Below, piece after piece: positions 55,864 through 64,000 of a DNA stretch of 64,000 nt. The DNA lies in assembly GCA_035561515.1 (NCBI GenBank), contig DATMXP010000018.1, forward strand, positions 104,681 to 168,680, given 5' to 3'. The notes beneath the pieces were generated by a model. That model was not told the DNA's origin and made no database searches. It was given only the letters and a program-made list of their open reading frames with translations. This stretch comes from Terriglobales bacterium. Its GTDB lineage: Bacteria; Acidobacteriota; Terriglobia; Terriglobales; Acidobacteriaceae. The translations under genes were made by a program, and so were the position numbers. The stretch's first letter is position 1; the number at the start of each line of letters is the position of its first letter.

Positions 55864-58638
55864 CTATTCATTCTTACCTTGACCATTTGCAGCGGCCAGA
55901 GAAATCATGGAGTCGAGTAACATCTTTGCAAATGGATCCTTTGCGTATTGGTCAAAGCGAAATGTTGTAACGAGTGCTTCGCCGGTACCGAACGGGATCC
56001 GAGCTGCCAGTGCCGCATTGTTGTTAAGCCATCCGTAGAAGATCCCTGCCACGACCTGGTCGTATTTGTCTGAAGGAATGCCCTGCAAGATGAAAGCGGG
56101 TGTTACCGCAGAGGCTTCAAATCCCAGCAGCGGGCGAAGCGCAACGCCTTTGAAAGGCGCGTCGTTAAGTACGACCCAATTGAAGTTCGTAACCCAATTC
56201 CCGTCTAGATCCGAACCTGCGCGAGCGGCGATCTTGAACGGCGCGTTGGTGCTGACTGCGTCTTTCTTGTCCAGCAGAAGCAGGGCGCGGCCACCGTTCT
56301 TCAGGTGCGTTTCAATTTCAGTATCCCAAGCACTGGAAAGCATGAGATTACCTTTTCCAAAGCTGTAGCCGCTTGATCGCATTTGTGACACTAGCGGATC
56401 GAGGGTCTTAGCCGGATCGTGGACAACGACACTCTTGACGGCGCGAGTCGAAGACTTGGGGAAGACATAGTACTCCAGCTCATTGCGAGCCAGGATCTGA
56501 CCATCACGCGAGGTCAATGTCGCTGTCAGTAATTCCAGCTTCGGACTCTGTACCTGTGGGGCATTGAACTGGATCTTCGGAAGGGAAGTGACTGTGGTCA
56601 ATTTGGGTACTGCGTTGATGGCAGTCTTCCCGCTTAGCCCCGAACTGGTTGACCATTCGAGTTGTGCGCCATTCCAGTCTGCATTTGCATAAGCAGAAAG
56701 GGATGCGTTGATGAGCACCTGTTCTCCGGACAAAACTGAACGGCGAGTGGAACTCAGCAGAATAACGTTATCCTGCTGGACTTGGGCGAGTTTGGTCGCG
56801 TAGGCCTTTGGCTTTCGCCACATATCCATAAGACCGTTCGCTTCCCAGTTGATGTCGGTGAGCTCGGTGATCACGTAGCCCTGGATCGGCTCGTGGCTGC
56901 GCATGGACTCGATCTCATGTTTCAGGGATCGGTATTGATGCCACTGAGTGGCTAATGCGAGTGCATTGAAGTCAGGGAAGATGCGCTGGAATTTGTATTC
57001 ACGGAAGCGGTCGAGCACTCCGGCGGGACGGGTGACTTCACGTCCTCCAAAGTCGCGATCAAACCACCAAGGAAGCTGTGATGGCAGTTGCGGCAATCCC
57101 CAGTTGCCGAATTCCGAGACGATAAGCGGTTCACGCCCTGTCCGCTCGGCATCGCCGTGCTGGCTGTAAGACCACTTCGGGCGAGAAGCGAAGTCCGCGA
57201 CCCATTTGTCCCACTTATGTGCGTTGTCTGGAATGGAATAGTACTGGTGGAAATCGTCGAGGTCGCTCTTGACGTGAAAGTTCGAGCAACAAGCGCTGTT
57301 GTCAACGACGAGTGCCCGGTCGCCAAGAAAAGTCTTGGCATGCTCATAGGCGGCTTTGAGCCATTGCCTCTGGTCGGCATTTCGCAAGTCAGCGCCCCAC
57401 GACTCGTTGATGACACTGGCGATCACAATGGACGGGCGATTCCAGTCACGCTCAAACATCGCGCGGAAGATCTTCTCTCCGCGTTCAGCCGCAGCCATGG
57501 TGAAGACGTTACCTTCGTTGCGGTCATTCCAGGAAGGGATCTCGTACCAGACAAGCATTCCGACTTCGTCGGCAGCATTCAGGTATTGCGGGTCGCAGAC
57601 CTTTATGTGGCAGCGAAGCAGGTTGAGCCCGAGAGCTTTGGCCTTGAGCATCATTTCCCGGACGTAAGCTTCGCTGGGAGGCGTATAGATGGTGTCTGGA
57701 TAGAAATCCTGATCGAGAGCAGCCCGCATGTAGAAGGGCTCGCCATTCAGGTAGAGTTTGCCATCGCGAGCTTCAAACTGACGGAATCCGAACCGCGTGG
57801 TGTACCGATCGCCATTCGCCAGCGTGGCTGAGACGGAGTAGAGCGCCGGGTTGGAAGGACTCCAAAGTTCAGGGTGATCGACAGTCAGTTCCAGAGTCCC
57901 TTTACTGCCGCTGACCTGCAGCGTACGCTCGGCAACGATTCCGCCAGTGTTGTTGTAAACAGCCATCGATACGTTTTCGGAACCACCGCCGCTGATGGTG
58001 ACTTCGAACTTCGCGTTTCCGTTGTTGCGGGGAGTAATCCGCAGGTCAGAGATATATGTCTGGGGTCGAAACTCTAGCCAAACTGGTTGCCAGATACCGC
58101 CGGTCTGAACATACCAATTCTGTTTGCCGTGGGGGATCTCGTCATAAGGCGTGAACTTGGATCCCGCTTCGGCCTTCATTGGCGGATCAACTACTCGGAC
58201 GGCTACGTCATTGATGCCGGGCTTCACGAGCCTGGTAATGTCCAACGTGAATGGTGTGTAGCCACCTTCGTGGGAACCGGCAGACTGCCCGTTGACGAAT
58301 ACTTCTGAGGTGTTATCGACAGCGCCGAATCGCAGAAGAACGGCCCGAGGCGACTGAAACTGAGGAACGTCGATCTGGGTGCGATACCACGCAACGCCCA
58401 TGTAGTCGCGCAGATCGGGAAATTGGGCGTTCCAGGAGAGACCTACGCGAGCGGAACGCCACTCGGGGTCAGCGGCTTCAGGCAACTGCTGGATGGTGAG
58501 ATTGCCGCCCTTGTCTACCAGCAGTTTCCATCCGTCTTGCAGTTCGACTGACTGTGCAGCCGCTGCAACTGGCAATACCAAGCAGAGAAGCACAACATAA
58601 TAGAGCCGTAGAGATTTCTTCCGAGCCACACATGACAT
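55864..58638 (-). CDS. Secreted glycoside hydrolase family 2 (beta-galactosidase-like)
   Basis: A signal peptide. Sugar-binding domain YMGVAWYRTQ...VFVNGQSAGSHEGGYTPFTLDIT. Acid/base VINESWG and nucleophile IVSEFGNWG. Confidence 0.8.
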   Translation of the reverse strand: MSCVARKKSLRLYYVVLLCLVLPVAAAAQSVELQDGWKLLVDKGGNLTIQQLPEAADPEWRSARVGLSWNAQFPDLRDYMGVAWYRTQIDVPQFQSPRAVLLRFGAVDNTSEVFVNGQSAGSHEGGYTPFTLDITRLVKPGINDVAVRVVDPPMKAEAGSKFTPYDEIPHGKQNWYVQTGGIWQPVWLEFRPQTYISDLRITPRNNGNAKFEVTISGGGSENVSMAVYNNTGGIVAERTLQVSGSKGTLELTVDHPELWSPSNPALYSVSATLANGDRYTTRFGFRQFEARDGKLYLNGEPFYMRAALDQDFYPDTIYTPPSEAYVREMMLKAKALGLNLLRCHIKVCDPQYLNAADEVGMLVWYEIPSWNDRNEGNVFTMAAAERGEKIFRAMFERDWNRPSIVIASVINESWGADLRNADQRQWLKAAYEHAKTFLGDRALVVDNSACCSNFHVKSDLDDFHQYYSIPDNAHKWDKWVADFASRPKWSYSQHGDAERTGREPLIVSEFGNWGLPQLPSQLPWWFDRDFGGREVTRPAGVLDRFREYKFQRIFPDFNALALATQWHQYRSLKHEIESMRSHEPIQGYVITELTDINWEANGLMDMWRKPKAYATKLAQVQQDNVILLSSTRRSVLSGEQVLINASLSAYANADWNGAQLEWSTSSGLSGKTAINAVPKLTTVTSLPKIQFNAPQVQSPKLELLTATLTSRDGQILARNELEYYVFPKSSTRAVKSVVVHDPAKTLDPLVSQMRSSGYSFGKGNLMLSSAWDTEIETHLKNGGRALLLLDKKDAVSTNAPFKIAARAGSDLDGNWVTNFNWVVLNDAPFKGVALRPLLGFEASAVTPAFILQGIPSDKYDQVVAGIFYGWLNNNAALAARIPFGTGEALVTTFRFDQYAKDPFAKMLLDSMISLAAANGQGKNE

Positions 58639-58654
58639 TGATATTGGCCTCTTC

Positions 58655-59296
58655 CTATTTCGGGGTTACTACCCTAACTGAATCCCTACAACTCTCTGAA
58701 GTGCCCCAGCCGTACAGCATCACATCGAAGTCGCGATGCATGCCGGAGAAGTTCTTCTGAATGCCAGGCTCGCCGTTGAGCACAAACATGAGGGTGTCAC
58801 CGCGGCGTACGATGCCAAGGGTCGGGGATTTCTCTTTTGTGCCCATTCGTTTGTTGTCGAGACGCTGCCCGCGACCGTCCTTTACAAACCAGGCTTCGAG
58901 CATGCCGTCGCTGCGGAGAATCCATTCGATTCGATTTCTGCCGGATGAATCGAATAGGACCGTGAGAGATGCAAAACCGGTCGGTTGGTTAAATGCCTTT
59001 GGTAACCCGGCCACAACGGCTTCAAAGATAAATCGGTCGGAATGAAAGGCTGGGGTGGAGCGAACGCCAGCACGGCCATTCTCTACTCCACGGACGCAAA
59101 GGATCCCGTCTCCCATTTGGACGGTGGCTGCGCTTGGTCCCTCGAAGCTGAATTTCTCCCATCGAGGACCGAGTTCTGCACGGTCGAAATTGTCGTCCCA
59201 CTGATCGACCTGATGCATTTGCGGCCTGCTACTGTCCTGCGCATAGAGGCAGCATGAGATCAATACTGATAGCAGAAAGGCAATCGCGCCTTTCAT
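58655..59296 (-). CDS. Secreted ConA-like/LamG-fold protein, function unknown
   Basis: GGAGGA SD plus MKGAIAFLLSVLISCCLYA. Beta-rich with WDDNFDRAELGPRWEKF. Confidence 0.5.
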   Translation of the reverse strand: MKGAIAFLLSVLISCCLYAQDSSRPQMHQVDQWDDNFDRAELGPRWEKFSFEGPSAATVQMGDGILCVRGVENGRAGVRSTPAFHSDRFIFEAVVAGLPKAFNQPTGFASLTVLFDSSGRNRIEWILRSDGMLEAWFVKDGRGQRLDNKRMGTKEKSPTLGIVRRGDTLMFVLNGEPGIQKNFSGMHRDFDVMLYGWGTSESCRDSVRVVTPK

Positions 59297-59343
59297 GGGA
59301 AGTTCCTCCAAGGTAGATGAGTCCAGTTTGCAGTTAGCGAAGT

Positions 59344-59386
59344 GCCAGGGACTAGATGAGAAGTCCCGTCCCGTCCTGTCCCTGGC
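59344..59386 (-). promoter_or_regulatory. Compound intercistronic stem-loop after the TonB-dependent receptor gene
   Basis: The outer 9-bp stem GCCAGGGAC/GTCCCTGGC encloses an inner GGGACT-N8-AGTCCC hairpin. It sits in the 102-nt gap between receptor stop and next start. Confidence 0.4.
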
Positions 59387-59398
59387 TACTAACGCTCG

Positions 59399-62300
59399 TT
59401 AGAACACGAACCGCACGCGCAACTGAATTACGCGAGGATCGTCTTGCACGGAGGAAACCCCGAAGTTGCCGTTCGTGGGGTTACCGTTATTGAAGCCGTC
59501 GAGATTCGAATCCGGCATCCAATAACGGTGACGATTAAAGGGATTGAAGAACTCGGCGCCGATTTCCGCGAACATGCCTTCCGTCACGGAAACTTTCTTC
59601 AGCAGGCTGAAGTTCTCGCTGTAGTAGGGAAGAACCGTGTTGCCGAGTACTGCGGGCGCGGTTCCAAACCAGACGTTCGGGTCGCGGTTGTAGTAGGCGG
59701 CGTAAGCTGCATTGCCGATCACACATCCGCCGGGGCAGTTGGTGTACTGAGGTGGTGCTGAGAACGCTGCCGGATTCAGAACGTCAACGGTGGCACCGGT
59801 AGCGTTGTAGCTCTGGACAGGATTCTGGCCAGTAAGGTTTGGACGAAGGTTGCCGTAGTAGCCCACCATGTCGAGGAAGCCGCGGTAGGCCCCACCGTTG
59901 ATGGATACGACTAACGGTAGTCCGCTCTGGTAGCGGTGGATTCCGCTGAACTGCCATCCGCCGACGATCTTGTCGAGGATGGAGTTGTTGTTGAGCAACG
60001 GCTTGCCCTTGCCGAACGGAAGTTCAAACAGGTAGTTGAACACGAACACATGCGGGGCGTTCGTAGCGGAAGTCGCCCGGACCGAACGCGGATCGAATGG
60101 GTTCTGGAGAACATTGTTCAACAAGCTGTTACCGCTCAGGTCGTCAGACGCCGTTGTGATCAGTTTCGACCATGTGTACGACGCCATGAACTGGAATCCG
60201 GCCGCAAAGCGCCGTTCGACGCGGAGGTTCATCGCGTTGTACCAGCTTTGTCCGAGAGCTTCCATCCCACTGTTGATCCGGTTGTACTGCGGGAACGGCC
60301 GCAGTGCCTGGGCTACGCTGCCGTTGAATCCGGCGTAAACAGCATCGCCATTCGCCGGAAGGGTGACGCCGACGCTGGTCGCGTATGCGCGGTCCGTAGC
60401 ATCAACGGCGTTGATGTTCTTGTTGAGTAGATCGTTCCCAAGTTTGAGAACGTTCAACGGTGCCGCATTCACCCGGAGCAGGTTAGAGCGGAGCCGCGTG
60501 CCCTTGTTTCCAATGTAGGCTGCGGTAGCAACGAAATTGCCGGGCAATTCGCGCTGCACGTCAAGATTCCACTGTACTGTGCGCCCGGTTTTTGCGTCCG
60601 TCTGGAAGTACTCCACGTCCGAGCCGATGTACTGACCATTCGGATCGGTGATTGGAGCATTCGGCAAGCCGCTCAAGTAGACGCCCGGTGTCATCCAGCC
60701 GAGGCCGCCAAATCCGCCCCAGTTCGGCTCGAGGTAGCGAGCTGCACGGTAACCCTGCTGGCCTCCACCGGCACCATAGAGGAATGGCGAGTAGTAGATG
60801 CCCATGCCGCCGCGCAGGACGGTCTTGTTGTCGAGTGAGTACGCCAAACCGAATCGCGGAGCGAAGTTGGTCTTATCGGTTTCCATCAATCCGCGGTTGC
60901 CGGACTGCGTCGCACTTACGAGCGCACCCGGGCGGTTGACGTCAGGATTGGCCGCTGTCGGGTCAAACGCACGATAAAAATCGTGTGCTTCCGTACGGGG
61001 TAGCTGAAGTTCGTAACGGAGGCCGAGGTTCAGAGTCAGTCGTTGTGTGACCCTGAAATCGTCGTTCACGAATCCTGCCCAGGTTTTATACCGATACGCT
61101 GGTTTGTCGCTGGTGATGGTGACCCACGTTTGGCGGGATGCGCCGGTCGCGAGGCTAGCCATATTCCAGCCGGAAAGGGTGGAGAAGTCGTTGCCCCTGG
61201 TCTGTTCGCCAGAGAAGGAGAAGTGTCCTCCGTTATCGAAGTTCTGGAACATGTTGAGCTGTTGAATGCGCAGCTCACCACCGAACTTGAAGGTGTGTTT
61301 ACCTGTGGACCAGCTGACGGTGTCGTTGATCTGCACCATGTTGTCGCCCATCTGGTCGTGCCACCAGGTGGAGCCGATGCCCTGAGCTGCGCGAGGATCA
61401 GTGAGGTCGCCGCCGGCAAGGATGCCGGGATCCCAGAACTCGACCATGGGGAACGTCAGGTTCGCGGTTGCACCAGGAGGCATCCCGAGAGTGCGGGGGT
61501 CGAATCCGTACGTAGAGTTCTTGTTCTCCACGTACACGCGGTTCCAGCCGATATTGAAGTGATTGAGCATGGTGGGACTGATGGTGTAGTCGTGCTGTGC
61601 GCGAGCATAGTGCGACTTGAACGCCTGGTCCCATACACCGGTCGCAATTGCCGGACTCGGCATGCGCGGGAATCCGCCCTTGATCGATGGCTGATTACGG
61701 TAGCTATAGCTGACAGAGAGGCGCTGCTTATCGGTCAATATCTGATCGATTTTCACAACCTCGCTATCCATGTTGATCGGGGCCGAACTGTTGGCGAGAT
61801 AGTTGTGGAACACGCCGGACCCAGTCGGAGTGGGGTAGCTCTTCAAGATGTTGAGCCCCACTGGATCGAGTAGTGCGCCGCCGTTGTAAAGGTCGAGGCG
61901 GTTGCCAGTAATCGCTGCGGCCGGTGTGCGCAGGTTCGGATCCTGATGGGGGTTATAGATCAGCACTGGGTTCCCGCCGTTGATGCGGAGAACGTCGGGA
62001 TCAGTGAGCAACTCGGAGAAGTCGCCGGTGCGCATCTTCGCAGTTGGAATGGTGATATATCGATTCTCAGACTTGGTGTTGCGATAACCGTTGTAGTTGA
62101 AGAAGAAGAAGGTCTTGTTGCGACCGTCGTAGATCTTTGGGATATACACCGGGCCGCCGAGATTGAAACCGAAATCGTTCTGGCGATCGCGGCCCTTGCG
62201 GAGTCCTTGATTGTTATTGTTCCAACTATTCGCGTTCAAGGCTTCATTCCGAAACAGTTCGTAGACCTCACCGTGAATTTTGTTGGTTCCCGATTTGAGG

Positions 62301-63040
62301 GTCAGGTTCACGACTCCGGCAGATGAGTTTCCGAATTCGGCGGAGTAGCTGGAGGTGTTATAGGTAAACTCCTGGAAAGCGTTTGGTCCAGGGGCAACCT
62401 CGGTGAAGAAACTTCCGTTCTGGGCACGACGGGTGTTGGCACCGTCGATGAGAATCTCAGCACCGAGAGCTTGGCCGCCATTCACGCGGAAGCTCGTGGC
62501 GTTCTGCTGGCTTCCGTTATCTGACGAAGTGACGTTGCTGTCCAGGAAGATGAATGCCAGTGGGCTGCGTCCGGCGTAATCGGACTGTACCTGCAGAGGC
62601 ATTTCCCGGACCTGGCGTTCCGTGACGTTGGTCTGCATCGTGGCGTTTTCGGTTTGAATCGCCTGCACTTCGCCTTCGACGTTCACGGTTTCACTGGCCG
62701 CGCCGACGGTCAGGGTAATGTTCACGCTCTGCACGACACCGACAGCGATTTTGACGTTGTCGTAGGTCGTTTTCTTGAACCCGGGCGCTTCGGCGCTCAA
62801 CGTCCAGGTGCTTGCTTTCAACTCCGGCAATTGATACGAGCCGGAAGCCGAACTGGTTGTTGTACGGGTTTCTCCTGTCGCCTGATCTACGGCTGAGATC
62901 TTGGCGTTTGCCACCATGGCACCAGTGCTGTCTTGCACTGTGCCGGTGATCGACCCACGGTCGCTCTGTGCATTTGTGGTGAGGCACAGGGCAGCCATGA
63001 GGCCCAGGAGCAGAAGCACACGGCAACTGCGAATGTACAT
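59399..63040 (-). CDS. TonB-dependent receptor with an N-terminal CarboxypepD_reg domain (Acidobacteriota SusC-analogue type)
   Basis: SD GGAGA plus signal peptide MYIRSCRVLLLLGLMAALCLTTNAQS. GSITGTVQDSTGAMVANAKISAV... The C-terminal beta-barrel ends RVRFVF. Confidence 0.9.
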   Translation of the reverse strand: MYIRSCRVLLLLGLMAALCLTTNAQSDRGSITGTVQDSTGAMVANAKISAVDQATGETRTTTSSASGSYQLPELKASTWTLSAEAPGFKKTTYDNVKIAVGVVQSVNITLTVGAASETVNVEGEVQAIQTENATMQTNVTERQVREMPLQVQSDYAGRSPLAFIFLDSNVTSSDNGSQQNATSFRVNGGQALGAEILIDGANTRRAQNGSFFTEVAPGPNAFQEFTYNTSSYSAEFGNSSAGVVNLTLKSGTNKIHGEVYELFRNEALNANSWNNNNQGLRKGRDRQNDFGFNLGGPVYIPKIYDGRNKTFFFFNYNGYRNTKSENRYITIPTAKMRTGDFSELLTDPDVLRINGGNPVLIYNPHQDPNLRTPAAAITGNRLDLYNGGALLDPVGLNILKSYPTPTGSGVFHNYLANSSAPINMDSEVVKIDQILTDKQRLSVSYSYRNQPSIKGGFPRMPSPAIATGVWDQAFKSHYARAQHDYTISPTMLNHFNIGWNRVYVENKNSTYGFDPRTLGMPPGATANLTFPMVEFWDPGILAGGDLTDPRAAQGIGSTWWHDQMGDNMVQINDTVSWSTGKHTFKFGGELRIQQLNMFQNFDNGGHFSFSGEQTRGNDFSTLSGWNMASLATGASRQTWVTITSDKPAYRYKTWAGFVNDDFRVTQRLTLNLGLRYELQLPRTEAHDFYRAFDPTAANPDVNRPGALVSATQSGNRGLMETDKTNFAPRFGLAYSLDNKTVLRGGMGIYYSPFLYGAGGGQQGYRAARYLEPNWGGFGGLGWMTPGVYLSGLPNAPITDPNGQYIGSDVEYFQTDAKTGRTVQWNLDVQRELPGNFVATAAYIGNKGTRLRSNLLRVNAAPLNVLKLGNDLLNKNINAVDATDRAYATSVGVTLPANGDAVYAGFNGSVAQALRPFPQYNRINSGMEALGQSWYNAMNLRVERRFAAGFQFMASYTWSKLITTASDDLSGNSLLNNVLQNPFDPRSVRATSATNAPHVFVFNYLFELPFGKGKPLLNNNSILDKIVGGWQFSGIHRYQSGLPLVVSINGGAYRGFLDMVGYYGNLRPNLTGQNPVQSYNATGATVDVLNPAAFSAPPQYTNCPGGCVIGNAAYAAYYNRDPNVWFGTAPAVLGNTVLPYYSENFSLLKKVSVTEGMFAEIGAEFFNPFNRHRYWMPDSNLDGFNNGNPTNGNFGVSSVQDDPRVIQLRVRFVF

Positions 63041-63152
63041 GGGAATCTCCGAATGTTGGGGGATGGAATCGTGTTGTGAGCGAAACGGCATGCTAAAAGC
63101 CCCGCAAGGTTCAAACGGCAAGTGGCCGGAGCCCAAAAACTCGAGCTCAGAG

Positions 63153-63191
63153 AATGTAAACGCTTACATTTTCAAATGTAACCGTTTACAT
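63153..63191. promoter_or_regulatory. Two tandem LacI/GalR-type palindromic operators in the divergent control region
   Basis: AATGTAAACGCTTACATT (63153-63170) and ATGTAACCGTTTACAT (63176-63191). Both match the TGTAAnCGnTTACA style of LacI-family sites. Confidence 0.6.
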
Positions 63192-63281
63192 CACGGTCTC
63201 AAGAGGAATACACTTCTACTTCCGAGCAGAACTGATGTCAAGCAGAATTTGTATAAAGGCTACCCTTGACGTGGAGAACGG

Positions 63282-64000
63282 ATGAACATCAAAGCGGTTG
63301 CCGCCAAAGCCGGGGTATCGATCGCGACGGTCTCCAGGACCATCAACGGTCATGCTTCTGTTACTCCGGAGACGGCGGAAAACGTGTTGCGTGCCATTCG
63401 CGCGCTCGGGTATTACCCCAATCGGCAGGCACGCACACTTGCTTCCGGACGCAGCCATACTTTTGGACTCATTATCTCGGATATCGCTAATCCATTTTTC
63501 CCCGAATTAGTAAAAAGCTTCGAGACTACCGCACTGTCACACAACTATGACGTTACCGTGTTCAATACGAGTTACGACTCACATCGTCTGCGTACTTCCA
63601 TCGAGCGCATGCTGGAGCGCCGGGTGGATGGCGTAGCGGTCATGACCTCGGAATTCGACCGTCGAGTGTTGGGAGAGCTTTCTCGGCGCGGAGTGCCGAT
63701 AGTGTTCCTGGACGTGGGAACGGTGCAGTCGCGCATCAGCAATATTCTCGTGGATTACGAAAAAGGAATCCGTGAAGCTGTCCAGCACGTGAGCGAGTTA
63801 GGGCACCAGAAGATCGCGTTCATCTCCGGTCCGTTACAGCTGAAGTCAGCCGGAATCCGCTGGCGCGCCATGCAGAAGTGCATGCATGATTGCGGACTGC
63901 AGATTCCGTCGCGCTTCATGCGAGAGGCGAATCACCGTGTGGATGGCGGGCAGATTGCGATGGCCGATCTACTGAACCAAAAAGACCCGCCGACGGCGGT
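63282..64000 (+). CDS. LacI family transcriptional regulator (3' end beyond the window)
   Basis: My own translation gives MNIKAVAAKAGVSIATVSRTINGHASVTPETAENVLRAIRALGYYPNRQARTLASGRSHTFGLIISDIANPFF... It is open to the window edge and is not in the ORF track because no stop is reached. Confidence 0.9.
   Translation, partial: MNIKAVAAKAGVSIATVSRTINGHASVTPETAENVLRAIRALGYYPNRQARTLASGRSHTFGLIISDIANPFFPELVKSFETTALSHNYDVTVFNTSYDSHRLRTSIERMLERRVDGVAVMTSEFDRRVLGELSRRGVPIVFLDVGTVQSRISNILVDYEKGIREAVQHVSELGHQKIAFISGPLQLKSAGIRWRAMQKCMHDCGLQIPSRFMREANHRVDGGQIAMADLLNQKDPPTA

Overview
This 64-kb segment looks like an Acidobacteriota (Terriglobia-type) chromosome. Supporting signs are a CarboxypepD_reg-type TonB-dependent receptor, a TonB whose N-terminus resembles the MF(E/A)DSL pattern I recall for the phylum, a wHTH-TPR regulator, and PadR/HAAS and ECF modules. 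I call about 55 protein genes and found no rRNA, tRNA, CRISPR array, transposase or integrase by eye.

Gene content, left to right:
- a 5'-truncated papain-like peptidase / amidase_2 fusion;
- a two-gene BcrAD/BadFG-activase + DUF2229 (HAD/BCR-family, PlsA/PlsR-like) module;
- an Ig-domain lipoprotein, a CadC-like regulator, a GNAT, a C13 peptidase and a PadR-HAAS pair;
- DUF2461 and YceI genes, and a GH + tonB pair;
- a heme-A biogenesis block: DUF420, ABC-2 exporter, ctaB, ctaA and a cupredoxin-like lipoprotein;
- amrB, rsmA, glgA, a PilZ gene and two permeases;
- a second PlsA/PlsR-like module with permuted gene order;
- a six-gene ECF sigma / ZAS-FecR anti-sigma / double ABC-2 operon;
- a LacI-controlled galactan/arabinogalactan utilisation locus with a TonB-dependent receptor, GH2, two GH43, an SSS transporter, galK and galT.

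The most interesting item is the pair of divergent ATP-driven HAD/BCR-type modules, which are candidate lipid ester-to-ether reductases. Other notable items are an apparent frame break in tonB, the ECF/ABC operon and several dispersed palindromic repeats. All calls come from reading the ORF translations and the DNA; no database search was run.
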